Shown piece after piece: positions 1 to 13,557 of a stretch of DNA of 64,000 bases. The stretch covers positions 176,576,001-176,640,000 of the forward strand of contig JBITNC010000001.1 of NCBI GenBank assembly GCA_050084985.1. The letters run 5' to 3'. A program made the translations under genes and the position numbers. The notes beneath the pieces were generated by a model. That model saw only the letters and a list, made by a program, of their open reading frames with translations. It did no database searches and was not told the DNA's origin. The first letter of the stretch is position 1. Each line of letters opens with the position of its first letter. Source of the DNA: Nageia nagi (lineage: Eukaryota; Plantae; Pinophyta).

Positions 1-24
1 AGGCAGAAAGGAAGGAAGTCTTCC

Positions 25-1250
25 ATGGCACCTCACACCAGATCCAAGGACGAGGGGAGATAGCATGGAAATCCAACCTGACAAAGTTGGACGAATGAAC
101 CATAGCATGCGCATGGAAGGGAAGATGTGCATGAGGAGAGAGAGATTCCGCCGAAGGATCCGATCAAGAAGTTTGATGATCTGCTAGCAATGATGAAAAC
201 CATTGCGAACCAAATGCAGTTGCAAAATGAGCACGCGGCCAAGGAGGAGGCATAGGAGAGAACGTAGGGTCAAGAGGAAGCCCTAGGACACCCCATACTC
301 TGAGATTTGCCTTTGTTCGTGAGAGGGAGCCAAATGGGGATGCGTCCTTGCATAGATCTCGTGAGAGATCATGAAGAGGAGGATTTTTTGCATAGATCCA
401 TAGGCTTAAGGCATGACCAAGAAAGTCAAGGGCTTGAGCAAAAAGAACCAATGTTTTAGAAATCCCTATCGGCCAGAATGATGGATGAAGGAGGGTATTA
501 TTTGTTTAGAACAGGATCTACCAAAGATCCCTTGGTTGGTGAGTCAATGTGGGAAAGATTCATGGAGAGGGACACCCCGAAAATAGCTATGACACCTCCA
601 CCTCTGCCACGTCCTAGCAAGTCCATGTTTCTACCAAGGTAGGAAACCAATGCAAGCTTGATCTCACCACTTGAGCTTAAACAATTGTATCGGGAGTATT
701 CATTGAATGCACCAAAGTTTCAGAACAATGTGACCTTTTCTATGTATTGGGAATTTTTTGGAAAGAAGACTACTGAAAGCTCTACGCATGGTGGATCTCG
801 GGAAGATAAGAGGGACCTATAGCATAGGCTAAGTCAAATGCAGGTGCCCTTGTTCGATGGAAGCAACAAAATAACGGCTAGAGCATGGTTGTAGAAGTTG
901 CAGACATATTTCATGCTCAGCCCGATGATGCAGGAGGACGCCATATGATTTGCTACCCTGCACTTGGATGGCATAGTGTATGAATGGTGGCAGTATGGCA
1001 TGACTACGCAAGGTCATGGAGCAATCACTTCTTTTGATGTATTCAGACGAAGAATGATGGATCGATTCAATAGGAAGGATGAGGATGATTACTTCAAGGA
1101 TCTTACGACAGTAAAGCAGAGAGGATTTGTGGAGTATGTGGTAGAATTCCAGTTGCAGTCATGGTTCCTAGCATCTCAGAGAAGAGGATAACTTTCCTCT
1201 TCACGGAAGGGTTGGCTGAGCCATTGAGGGGTTTAGTCAAGTCCTTCAAT
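25..1250 (+). pseudogene. gag: Decayed Ty3/gypsy gag (retrotransposon gag domain), 3'-truncated
   Basis: 841-1250 translates QVPLFDGSNKITARAWL*KLQTYFMLSPMMQEDAI*FATLHLDGIVYEWWQYG...DYFKDLTTVKQRG...FTEGLAEPLRGLVKSFN, a typical plant gypsy gag with stops and frameshifts. Confidence 0.9.
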
Positions 1251-2130
1251 AAGAAAGATTTGTGCAATGATTTCTAGTTCAAGAGTGGGTCCTTCAAAAT
1301 GCAAAAATTTTGGTGTGGTGTTGTGTATGCACAACAAAAGGTTTGCTTGATGATATTTTATTGATCTCCTTTTGAGGGGGTGATCTCTTCTTCCTACACG
1401 GGGTAGAAGATTCAAATGATACATCTTGTCTTATTGGGAAAATCTTTGTCTGTGTAGTCTCTCCTGTCTTCTCTACGTGTCCTATATCCATAATATTGGT
1501 TTCTCGAGAGTTTGTTTTCGAATCATCACCATCTTCATGTTCTCCCTTCGAGGTTCAACTATATCCTGATCAACTGGATGATTTATAAGAGTCGGAGAGT
1601 AAGCTAGATGGTGAATCGTGAGGGGAACTAGGATTCTCAACGGGAATCTCAATTCCAGCTTGGTCTTCAATAGGAATCTCAGTTTCAATTTGGTCTTCCA
1701 TTGGACTTAGGAGATTTGGAATTGTCAAGGTGTGCTCTGCTCTAACAAGAATAGTAGGAACATCTTTTGGGACGACATCTCCTAGCTGCTAGAGGGGAAA
1801 ATCATCATATCTTGTTTCCTTCAATGCCCTTACATCTTTTCTGATTTCTCATACCACAGAGTGAATCATTGGCCCATAACTGCCCAAAATGGCATATTCC
1901 CTAGTACACCATTGTTGCTTCCTTACTCTTGAAGAAGTCAACTTTTCATTGCTAATTACAGGAAGTTTGCTCAGAGTTTGAATTTTCTTGTCGATCCTCC
2001 CTTCAATGGCCAACATTTGATGGATATCTTGTATCAGCTTTTCCTCCCTTTGGTTTCTATATCTCTCCCTATCTCCGAGGGATTGTGCTCATAAGTTATA
2101 GGATTTATGAAGGCTCTTTGATACAAGAGT
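1251..2130 (-). mobile_element. 5' internal region (PBS plus decayed gag N-terminus) of a minus-strand gypsy element
   Basis: Degenerate tRNA-iMet PBS complement gctctttgatacaa at 2113-2126 next to an LTR terminus tgtattctccc at 2131; broken minus-strand ORFs run away from it. Confidence 0.6.
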
Positions 2131-5100
2131 TGTATTCTCCCATCTAGGTCATAGTTTTAGTTGTTTGTTCTTGGCCAAAGTGTTAGTAAGTCAATTCTTT
2201 CTTCATCTATTTGGCTTTTCTTCAACTCATGCATGCATATTCCCCGATAACAATAGGCAAGTTTATAGTGGCATCCTTCTTCTTCCATATGGTCTCATAC
2301 AAAAATAGCATTTGCCTGCAAAATTCCATCAAAATGAGCCTATTATTAGCATATTTTGGAAAGAGATAGGCCCTCTCCTTAGATCCATAGACCCTAATAT
2401 ATGTAAGAGATGGATCCTAGAAATAGAAATTTGCATGTCCTCAGATGGCTTCTACAATTGAATCTAAAATCCTCTTTACTGAATGTTTTCCTTTTGTCTT
2501 TGTAGATTCAATACTCCCATACATCATTCCTTGTGGCGAAGTACTCCCATCACTCTGAGACACATCACTTGGGGTAAGCACTCCATATGGGTTTTGTGGG
2601 ATTGGCCAAAATATCTAAGCTGCCATGGGCTATTTTTCTATTTTTACCATGCAAGAGGAGATAAACAAGATATATGTTCATATAAAATCTTCTACAAGAC
2701 CCTATTGGCCAATTGTCGGAGAAGTGGATTGCTTATCACCACGCTCCATCTGATCTTTTGGTTGTTCCCGATTAGAGCAATAAATGAAATATTCTGGACT
2801 AGGGCTGATATCGAATCACACCAAAGGCGCTCACAAAAATAGCTAGAATTCACAAAATTAAGCAATTAAACCGTATGTTCACCCAAAGCCCTATCCAAGC
2901 ATGCAAAATGCATACATTTAGCCTCCAAGGGCCAAATTAGCAATCCAAATCCCAACATCTAGGTCCAGAGTGACATAATGTCCAACCTTAGGTAAACAAC
3001 TCAACCAACAAGCATCCCAAATATCCAACAAGTAGCCACATATGCAGAATTACAATCATAATAATGCAATAATACTTATGCAAGCTCAACGTCTAGGCCA
3101 AAATAGCAAGATAACAAAATATTGCATTCACCAACCCAACGTCTAACCTTCTAGGGCAAAATCTCACAAGATAACACAAAGAATGAGCCACAAATGTAAT
3201 TCTATTCATGTTGCAATGAGAAACCGAATTACATGCCTTTGTTATAAAGCAAAGATGCCCTAGTTGAAGATCTTCGAGAAATTGTTGAGAACTAAGGAAA
3301 AGCACGAAGGTTGTCCCACAGTTGTGGCAAGGCTTGTACCAGGACTTCCTCCTCTACGAATTATGGCCAAGACATCAAGGTCTCTAGCAATATTAAGATA
3401 ATCTAGAGTAATGCTAACACCCCTAGATAGCTATCAAGTCCTTTGAGGTGTGCTAACTCTCAAAGTAGCGATCCAAAAAGCCTTGAAACCTTGCTAAGTC
3501 TCAACACCTCCCTTGTGGGTTTTCGTCCACATGAAGCAATGGAAGGAGTCGACACCTGCCACATCAAGAAGAGAAAAAGATTCCTAACAAGCATATCTTC
3601 AAGTGAGGTCTCATCCTCCTTTTATAGACTCCAAATGGCTTTCATGCACTGTGTCCACCTGTAGATGTTTCCATGTGTAAAATCCTTGATATTCTCAACG
3701 TGGAAATTAGCCAAGCAAATATGAAATAAATATCAAACGATACTTCTAGGCATGCCACAAACTGATCTAGGGCATCAAACAAGTCACACAAAATACCAAA
3801 AAACCCAACGATGCACTACCCAAGCAAGATAACACCTCTATAAGCCCATGTCACATTCAGGTACACATTTCTCGAGCACAGCACATAAATAATAGTCCAA
3901 GAATTAAGACGTCAAACTAAGAGGGGTAAAATAGCATCAACACATCACAATATGAGATAAATAATGAGATCCAAATGTGTCACGGCTATATTAATGATAA
4001 ATGATGGAATCAATACAATACGTAGCCCAAGAGGGCCCAATGTTGGCCTTTAAGGAGCCAACTAGGGCACAATAATGTGCAATGATGAACATTGTTTCCG
4101 AAACCACTATAGAACAACCACACTCTACCAGATTTGTGGATGCCACACTAAAGGGCTCCCTCACAGGCTAGCTCTTGATGAAGAGAACGAATGCAATTCC
4201 AAAATACCATTGGATGGATTCATAGGTGTTGATTGCTTGTGGACGCCTCAGAGCAGGGCAACCTAAACACTCACCTCAACCGCTACTCAAAGGGTGTTCC
4301 AAGCCTCCTGGACTCTCCTTGGTCTACACGCCCAAGGGTGCTTGATGTCGCCAAGTCTTTAGGTAGAAGAAGGGGTTTCAATATCAAATTCAGTATATCC
4401 TTGCAATGATGTGAATCTCCTTTATATAGTCTTCTCCTTGATCTCACCTAGGAATCATGCACATGCCTTTCTAATCCAATGTTGCCTAGAGATGCCAATA
4501 ACCACATTTAGTGGTCCACATTATAAGATCCAATGGCTAGATATGCAACACCTCATTATTGAAGGCTAATATTGCATTTACAATTATTAATTGCTTGGAA
4601 ACATGTATTACAAATCATACAAGTGGCCCCCATTATTACTATGATAAAACACACTAAATCTACTCTTAATTACCAAACTCACACCTGAATACAATCCATA
4701 ACTAACTCATATCCCAAGGAGAGGGATGTCACACTCTACCAGATTTGTGGATGCCAAACTGAAGCGCTCCCTCACAGGCTAGCTCTCGGCGAAGAGAACG
4801 AATGCAGTTCCGAAATACCACTGGATGGATTAAAAGGTGCAGACTACTTGTGGATGCCTCAAGGTAGGGCAACCTCATAGCACAAACACTCACCTCAACT
4901 GCTACTCAGAAGGTGTTCCAAGCCTCTTGGACTCTCCTTGGTCTACGCACCCAAGGGTGCTTGATGTCACCAAGTCTTTAGGTAGAAGAAAGGGTTTCAA
5001 TATCAAATGCAATATATCCTTGCAATGATGTGAATCTCCTTTATATAGTCTTCTCCTAGATCTCACCTAGGAATCATGCACATGCCTTCCTAATCCAACG

Positions 5101-6100
5101 TTGCCTAGAGATGCCAATAACCACATTTAGTGGTCCACATTACAAGATCCAATGGCTAGATATGCAACGCCTCATTATTGAAGACTAATATTGCATTTAC
5201 AATTATTAATTGTCTTAAAATCATGTATTACAAATCATACAAGTGGCCCCAATTATTACTATGATAAAACACACTAAATCTACTCTTAATTACCAAGCTC
5301 ACACCTAAATACAATCCATAACTAACTCATATCTCAAGAAGAGGGACATCACACTCCAAGGGGTCAATATGGAGATGTTTTTGGATTTCCATGAGCGGTC
5401 GTGATATGGAAGATTGGTCGAACTAGCGAACTTCAAGAGGCCGTAACTCTTTTGTTTCTTGATGAAACCATGTCGTGTAACCTGTCAAAACGTTTCCCAC
5501 GAGATGCTCTATCCAATGAACAAGTCTAATGAACTCTCCAAGACTTGTGGGGAACACAATCTTCAAAGGAATACCAATGATCCTAAATCTTACCAATTTA
5601 GCCTAGAAGGGGATGTTACACCATGGTACCTTGGGATCCACACAATCATCTTGGATGTTTGGGATTAGCTCTTGGGGTAAGATGCTGCACTTATGGGTGT
5701 CTTGGGATCCCTGAAATCTCATCCAATGGTGCTCGAAGCTCTTCAAGATGCCATGCCACACCTCCCTCTTGGAGTCTACTACACCCAGGGATTAGTGTTT
5801 CCCTCCTGTGATCATCATGGTCTATCCCTAGGGATGTGTCTAGCTTAGGGGGAAGTATAATTACATTAGGAGGCATTTAAGTGCCTCAAGATGCCAAATT
5901 ACATTTCATCAAGGCCAAGATATGCAACACTTCACTTAAGGAGACTAATATTGCATTTACAATAATTATTTGCATGGTATTTTAATTACAACAATTATTT
6001 GGCATCCTTAAGTGGCACATACAATTTACAAATAAAAATAACAAATAATGACTCAAAGTCCAAAGTCCTATGTTGGAGAGCCTCAAAGTGGGATACAACA
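2131..6100 (-). mobile_element. Composite/stacked LTR region related to the LTR at 34693-36086
   Basis: 3770-4430 aligns by eye with 34780-35467 (e.g. aaggagccaactagggca, ggctccctca.aggctagctc, caagggtgcttga). LTR-type termini end at 4733 (gagggatgtcaca), 5353 (gagggacatcaca), 5620 (ggggatgttaca) and 6100 (gggatacaaca). Confidence 0.75.
4119..5353. repeat. Tandem duplication of an LTR segment, period ~611 bp
   Basis: cacactctaccagatttgtggatgcc starts at 4119 and 4730; the copies are colinear and highly similar to their ends. Confidence 0.95.
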
Positions 6101-6126
6101 TGTAAAAATACTAAAATGTTGCCAAA

Positions 6127-6891
6127 TTATCCCAAAACTGCAAAAATACTCCTAAATGACTGAGACAACACCATGAGGGTGCACATCCCACTTCCTGGTG
6201 CCGGAGCAAGTGAGATGCCCAAATTTAGGAATATTACAATAAAACCGGTGAACTCCTTCCTAAATTTCATGTAATCTTCTTTCCCCATCAGTCGGGACAA
6301 CATATTGATAATCTTAGAGACCTTGGGATAAAAATATTGCCTCTTAGCATTAATCAATTTATTTCCTGCAAATTCTTTGCTCTCATTCTCCAATCAGTCT
6401 CTAATCAAATCTTCGACCCTATAAGTCTTCTGGTAGTAATCAAGGGAGTCACGTTTTATGCATATGAGGCCCTCGCTATTCCATTTGAATGCATCTTCAA
6501 TGCCTTCTAAAGAAAAATACCTAATTGCATCAGCCTTGGTATCATAAAGGACTCTATCTTTGAAATTAGACTACCTTCCCATTTCATAGCATAATTCAGG
6601 GAAGGGAGCAGCAAACGAGAACATTGTGGCATTGACTAAGCCGAAGGTATGTATTATCTCATCCAACATCTAAGATTTCCTCAACTCGGAAATGGATTGT
6701 AGTGTCTTGTTAGGGTCGAGTGAGACTAATAAGTATCCCGTATACTGGCAAGGTTATTCTTGAACTTAGCTTCTTTCAAGGGATCCTCAAGATTTTCTTT
6801 GGCAAATTCTATCAAACTGGGTCTTGTCAATCTTTCCAACTGTTTCTCCCTAGTCTTTCTCAATTTGGAATAGATCTTTGATATCTCAATC
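6127..6891 (-). pseudogene. Decayed, truncated retroelement accessory ORF of unknown function, preceded by an intron
   Basis: ORF fragments 6726-6908 and 6127-6393 plus intervening FAAPFPELCYEMG...RYFSLEGIEDAFKW. Acceptor ttttctgcag ends at 6892 and donor GTAAGT starts at 7120 on the minus strand. Confidence 0.55.
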
Positions 6892-7339
6892 CTGCAGAAA
6901 AGTAACACTTATTACAAACAAAATTAGTATGAATGATCTAGCTAACTAATGCAATGGAATGTTGAATGGGATTATGGATGACGAATGAAATGGTAAGATG
7001 ACATTGGTAAGTTGATGCAAATAGGATGACTTAGGGTGGTCGTACCGTTTTGAGACTTTATAATTCTAAAGATATGAAGCAGTGCAACCTCTGATCGGAA
7101 TATGGATGATACGCACTTACAAAGACTTTGACAATTTGGCAAATACAATCGATGGGACAAATGATAAGACGTCTTCCAACTTCGCACCCAAAAATGCCTG
7201 ACGACCTATTTTCACAATCTCCTTGTTCGCACCTCAATTTACACTTTCATCTCCTCTCAACAATGCGACCTCCTTTCGTGCTTCAAAAGATGCAATAATT
7301 TGTGAAAAGTATGACTCAAGATGTCATATTAATGGCCTT

Positions 7340-9900
7340 TGTTTGGAAGGTGGTCGATCGATCACTTAAGAAATATTTCAAAATTTTAACTCAAAAAGGT
7401 GGTCAGCTATCTTGAGGTGGTCGTTCCCTTTTTCAACTTTACAATTGTAAAAATTTAGAACCATACGACCCAAGCATAGCCCCTTGAACTTATGTTTTAA
7501 TATTTTATTATTTTCACTTTTGCGGGGCCCAAACGATGCAAGAATGAAGTGTTTGAGGTATCATAATGCACAATTGCCCTAGTTGCACCAATTTAGAATT
7601 TAGCATTTGTGTCTTCTTAGGACCATGTGACCAAGTATGAATGCAAGATGACAAGGTAAATGGATGAGATAAGAGAGGTATTTGTAGAGACAAATGACAA
7701 CACATGCAAAGCTCGACTATGTGGACAAACAACACAATGACAGGTGTTACAAACTATGCATAACATTGAACTTGCTACGGTCACTCATCTCCATTATGTT
7801 AGAATTGTATCTTCATTGAATCATGTGACCATGTATGGGACCCTTGTCACCAATCCTTAGCCAATTTTCGAGCTAGGTTCTCCTTAAATGTAGGTGCACC
7901 TTTTGGGATTCTTACTAATGTAACATTTTCATACCATGTGACCAGCTTTAAGGGAGGCAAAACTTAGCCAAATTTAATTAAACTTGCCACTTGTATCTCC
8001 TTGAAATGGTGCAATCAGTTTTAGGAGTAGGATGGAGTGTTAATGAATGCTAATGACAATGTATTTATAACTTAGTCAATGCAACAATGGATGGGAAAGT
8101 GGCAAACATGCAAGTGTTAACACTTCATCATGTAGGGCAAGAAACAAGGTGGTCGCATCTCTCCTTAAAGTTACAAATGCATCTCTTTTGAATCCTATGA
8201 CCATGCTTAGATATGCCCAACACTTAGTCAAATTTTGTTCAAGACAAGCAAAATGGTGGTCCCACCATTTCCCAAAGTTACAAAAGTATCCTTTTTAACA
8301 ACATGCGACCAAGTTTCCTTCTTCTATACTTGGCCGAATTTTCAAAATTCACAATACTTTGATGTGCCACCTTGGTCGCATCTCACACGGGTTTTAGAAA
8401 TGCATTATTTCAAAATCATGCGACCACCTGAAGGAGTGAAAACACTATGACAACCAATGCTTATGCAAGAGTATTTATTGTTTGATGGAAGTCAAGTGTC
8501 AATGCAACATTGGTTGGAATGGTGGCTGATGGACAAATGTCATTTCTTTCACATGCAATGCTAATATGACATGGTCACACCTTAGCAAGATTTTACAAAT
8601 GTATCTTCTTTGGGACATGCGACCAAGCTCAAGAGGAGCTCATTGTCCCAACACTTAGCCAAATCTGCTCAAAGTAAAGCCAATATGATGCCCGCACCTT
8701 CCAACAAAGTTACGAATGCATATTTCGGATGATATGCGACCAGCCCTTAGGTGCCCATACTTAACCAAATTTTAGCAAAATGCAAGATTTTTCTCAAGTC
8801 ATCCTAGTCACACCTCCAATAAAAGTTACCAATGTATCTTTGAGAGGACATGCGACCAGGACTTAGTCAAACTTTGATGATGAAGGTGACTTTTGCACAA
8901 TTCCCCTAGTTGCTCAAAGGAAAGGCTAAAACTGCAGCCTCTTTGACAGCAAATGAACATACCTCAAAGTCCCTCCTTGGTCACACAACCAATGAATTTT
9001 ACAAATGTATTATTTTAGAACCATGTGACCACCTTTTTGTACATTAAATGAGACATTACTTGGCCAAACATATATGCAGAGGAAAAATTGCTATTTATAA
9101 TGATGCACTTGCAACATGTCCATCATGCATGGACCCAAATGGAAGTGAAAATGAGGTGCTGCTATCCACCTGGTCACACCTTTGACAAAAGTTGAAATGC
9201 ATTTCTTGAAACATATAGGCACTTAGTAAATTTCATGAAGTTTTACTCTTGCATCTTCTTAACATAGTGCGACCACCTGTTAGGGTGAAACAATGTGACA
9301 ATGGATGCCAATGTCAAGGTGTTTATAGTTGCCAATTCACAAGTGTTAATACAATATTAGATGAAAAGGTGGTTAAACAACAAGTTTCACTTTCTTCACA
9401 TGAAATGCTAGTATGGGGTTGATCGCATCCTATTAAAATGTTGTAAAAGTAACTATTTGGAAACATGCGACCAACTTGGGCAGAGCTCAATATCCCACTA
9501 CTTGGCCAAAAACATGGATGCCAAAGGCGACTCACCATTTATAGCTACCCTCCTGCCACACATCAACCATGCATTGACCCAAATGGAGGTCAAGTGAGGC
9601 GCATTTATCTTCCTTGGTCACACCTCCAATAAAGGTTGCAAATGTATCTTTGGGAGAACATGCAACCAGCTTGGGAGGGGCTCAATGCCTACATACTTAG
9701 CCAAATCTCGAAAATCCAACTTATCACACTGGTCGCAACATCTGCACAGGTTAAAATTGCATCTTTACTACAACATGCAACCACTTCTTCTTAAGCAACT
9801 CCTTAGCTTCCTTGAAAATGCAAGATGGGACTCCATGCTTGGCCACTTTTAGCCCCCTTCTGATCACAGCTACAAAGTTGCAAATGGTGGCTTCAACTAT
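7340..9900. repeat. Degenerate array of modules GGTCGCA..aaagttacaaatg(t/c)atc..(c)atgCGACC..acttagccaaattt
   Basis: Module recognisable about a dozen times, e.g. near 8150, 8260, 8373, 8572, 8690, 8806, 8978, 9170, 9420, 9615, 9730. Confidence 0.85.
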
Positions 9901-10304
9901 TCTGAACTTGGCTTATCAAAAATGTCAAACGACTAGAATGATGATCTCAAAGAGTGACATTTTGTGATTTTATTCAAGAAGCCTCAATGTCCGAGTCTTA
10001 AGCTTCATTCTATCATAGTCAAACTTCAGATTTTATACCCTCTCCTAGGCATACTTCGGGTTGCAATGTCTCCGCTTTCTGTTTCAGTTGCTGAGAGTGG
10101 GTCCCCAAATTTGCAAAAAATTGGGGGTTGTTGCGTAGTCAACAGTTTGTGTAGCACAATGAAGACAATTAGAGATGATAAGATTAGCTTATGCTGTCTT
10201 GCTTTACGTATTGAACATAAGTTCATCACTTGCTATGATAAGAGAAGCAGACAAACATAAGAGAAACAAAACATTTGTGCAAGAGTAGTTTAGAAAAAAT
10301 TAAG

Positions 10305-10451
10305 GAAAGATAACATCATTTTCTATTTTGCTTGTCATGATTAAGAATAGCAATAACATTAGTGTGCAGGTAAAGTAGAAAAGATCAAGTAAAGATACAT
10401 CAGTTTCTCGTTTGCATGTCATGATTAAGAATAGCAATAACATTAGTGTGC
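10305..10451. repeat. Short direct repeat in host intron (~85 bp period)
   Basis: tgtcatgattaagaatagcaataacattagtgtgc occurs twice. Confidence 0.9.
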
Positions 10452-10496
10452 TCATATTCATGTATTTATTTTAACAAGCTTAAGAAAAACTTCAAA

Positions 10497-10523
<27 letters not shown>
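10497..10523. repeat. (AG)n microsatellite
   Basis: Directly visible. Confidence 0.98.
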
Positions 10524-10530
<7 letters not shown>

Positions 10531-10601
10531 AATTTACAGGAATATTCATTGTCAAGGTTTAGTCAAGTCTGTGATGCAAATATTATGAAGGAAGGTATTA
10601 C

Positions 10602-10950
10602 CTCTGTTTTATCAACTGCCTTTCCAAAATATTCACCAGTTACTGAAGCACTATCTGGGCCACCAGAGATCCCATCTGCTAAAGGAGTAGCTGTCTCTTC
10701 TAAACCAACTTTCAAAGAAAATCCTGTTTGTACCAAACTGCCCACAACAATAGGACTATTTAAACCTGACAATACACATCTTTGTTCCTTCGAACACCTT
10801 CTGATATATAAAAGAAGTGGCCATCGGCACCTTGTTGCCCTTGTAAATGATTTATTAGAGCAACTGAAGTTAGAACTTCTCAGAGGATTTTGAATTTCCT
10901 CTTTCTGTTTTTGAGAAGTTGAAGGCCAGACACGTTTAGCAGAGATCGAT
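10602..10950 (-). CDS. Coding exon of an unidentified host gene, N-terminal region, possibly a plastid transit peptide
   Basis: Acceptor tttttcttccag, 349-nt stop-free frame SISAKRVWPSTSQKQKEE...GEYFGKAVDKTE, donor GAG|GTAATA. Phase matches the upstream exon. Ser/Arg-rich start, no TE similarity recognised. Confidence 0.75.
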
Positions 10951-11545
10951 CTGGAAGAAAAAATCCTACAGATTATTTAGATGAAAATAGAGGCATGCTC
11001 GTACTATTTTTCCCTCACAAAGTATAATGTAGTTTAATTAATAAATAAGCATACAATACCCAAGGATGGAACAAATGTTAACAAGGGTGTAAACATTCAG
11101 TATTGCCGTTAACAGATAAAGGTAAAGTGCCTGTAATATAAGAATGCATATAACACAAACAAAAGAAGCCGGAAATATGAAGATAAGGCATTAATTACAA
11201 CGTACAAATTTTCTAGAAAATCTTTTTAAAAAACTGATATCAGCTACCTGGTTTCCTCATTAAAAGTCATAACGGGAGCTTTATAAAAGGTAAAACAGAT
11301 TACACACAACAAACAATAAATATTAAATACATATTCTATTAGTATGCATCCTACTGTGTGATGTTTCCTTCTGGAACCAGGTTTTTCTGTCTACCCTATA
11401 TAACCTTCAATGTTCGACTAACAGTTGTAAGTTGTAACCTGCAGTTTGATTTCATATTTCTTGATCATATACCATTGACATTTCCAACATCAAGCCTTCA
11501 TGAAGATAAGATATTTACAGTCTAGAAATGACAAACTCCACATAC

Positions 11546-11598
11546 CTTCCATTTACCAACATAATAGAGCCAGACGACATCCTTATAGCACTGCCTGC
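11546..11598 (-). CDS. Short host exon carrying the probable start codon (ATG at 11580; MSSGSIMLVNG-R)
   Basis: Acceptor ctcttcaatttttttacag, donor AAG|GTATGT; terminal AG plus the first A of the next exon gives AGA in frame. Confidence 0.72.
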
Positions 11599-12295
11599 CT
11601 GTAAAAAAATTGAAGAGAAAGTATTTCAAACCAATGCACAAATTAGCGTATTCTCTATTCCCTCGACTCATGCAATGACTCGTAAAATTTAAAACAAAAA
11701 CAATAGAACCACAACATTTGGTACAAGAATTTATATTCCTCAAAATCACAATAAGAAAGAAGCTGCCACATCCTGATTTCAATGTCCAATAGATACAGAG
11801 ATCAAAAAAATTGAATAATTGGTTTATCAATATTGCAATGGAATTTATAATGGATGCTATGAAGCTAATAAATGATAATTTTCTAAAAGTGATGAATTTA
11901 CATGTAAAGGGCTTAGAACAAGGTCTGAAATGAAGGTATGAATATACAGGTAAAGGGCTTAAAATTGGTTCTGCAGGTACAAAAGGCAGCAAAGTTGCTG
12001 TTAAGATTCACAATGACTCCTAATCCACCACAATCCTACAATCCGTAGGATTATAAGAGAAAATGAAATTAAACCTACTCCTAATGTTACACCACGAACC
12101 CTCTTTCCTATTATTATTATTATTAAAGTACATTTAACCACACACCACGTTTCTGCCAATTCACATGAGGATAAAATCCATTTTCTTTCATCTATAATCT
12201 TTCTCAGCAGAAAAAGAAATGCATTAATTACTGATGTGGCACTATATTCAGTCAGGTTGAAATTTTTTATTCTTTTTAAGAAATCTATCCAAATA

Positions 12296-12403
<108 letters not shown>

Positions 12404-13557
12404 GTGAAGGTATTATGTTGCAGAAGATAGAACAGCTATTATGAATTCCGCCAAAATAAAAATGCCCACAATTTGTCCAAAACATGTCGTGCTAAACAGA
12501 AGACAGGAATAAGAAAAATAATAGATACCATACATACAAAAGAATAACAGCAAAAATATTAACCATTTTTAACTTTGGCAGAAGATTTTAAACTGAACCT
12601 AACAGTTTTCAATGTATTGCAATTCTTCTGTGTTGGTTTCTGGGTTAAATTTTAAAGATATAGCAAATCGCCTTTGGTTCAAAATACCGTTAAGCCTTTT
12701 GTAAATAACTGTCACAAGACGTATTCCTTTATAAAAAATTCTATAGATTGAAATCTTTTTAGTATCACACGGTACACTGAACCTACAAGGTAAAGAAAAA
12801 GCCTCCATGCTGCCTGAGTTTCTTTCTGACTATTGGATAGTTCGACAAAAGGGTATTACATATGTGAAAGAACAAGGAAGTAACAACCGCATCAGCAGTT
12901 GCTCAATCATATAAAATTGGGTGAAAATACCCTACTAAACTAAGCAAGATACGTGGAAACACAAGGGTTTAGATATGTTAGACCATGCTAGCAATCCCCC
13001 TTAACTCGGAGCCTCTAAAAGACCAAACTATGCTGAGAGCAACTGCAGCAAGAAGCTGGTCTCATCCTTCCTCGTTAACTCATGGTATGATCCTCATGGG
13101 TTCTGATGAAAAGCTAACTCAAAAGCATCATCACATTCTTGAATCTTGTAAGGTTGGAAAGTATTACAATAAAACATATAACTCATTCCCTAAAACTCTC
13201 TATAAAAATTGAATGCAATCTCAGGATGAATGTAATTTTTCAAATATCAATTATGCAATTCTCTTGTATTATTGATCCGAGGGCCCAGTCTGATCAACGA
13301 ATAGCCTTCACATGCTTAGGCCCAGATTTTGAGGCCTCATGTCGTTTGGAAGTCACATCCTTCACAGGCAACTCGTGGGTGGTGTGCTCGAAGAGGTAGA
13401 TTGATAGGTTATTTTGACAAGTGCAGTGTTTTGTGCAGGTATTCTTCTCGCCTTTTGCTGGATAGCCGAAACGAAGAAATGACTCACAAACGCTGACTGG
13501 ATGCACCTTCTGAGGGTAAAGAATTTCGCTTTGAGCATCAGAGATAACGCAGGAGGT

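Noticed and set aside
7340-9900. Repeat-spacer array as CRISPR
   Set aside because: Repeats are degenerate, irregularly spaced and TE-associated
12925-13140. Possible TRIM/Copia remnant (gcaatccccctt resembles an LTR end plus PPT complement)
   Set aside because: No partner LTR, PBS or TSD found
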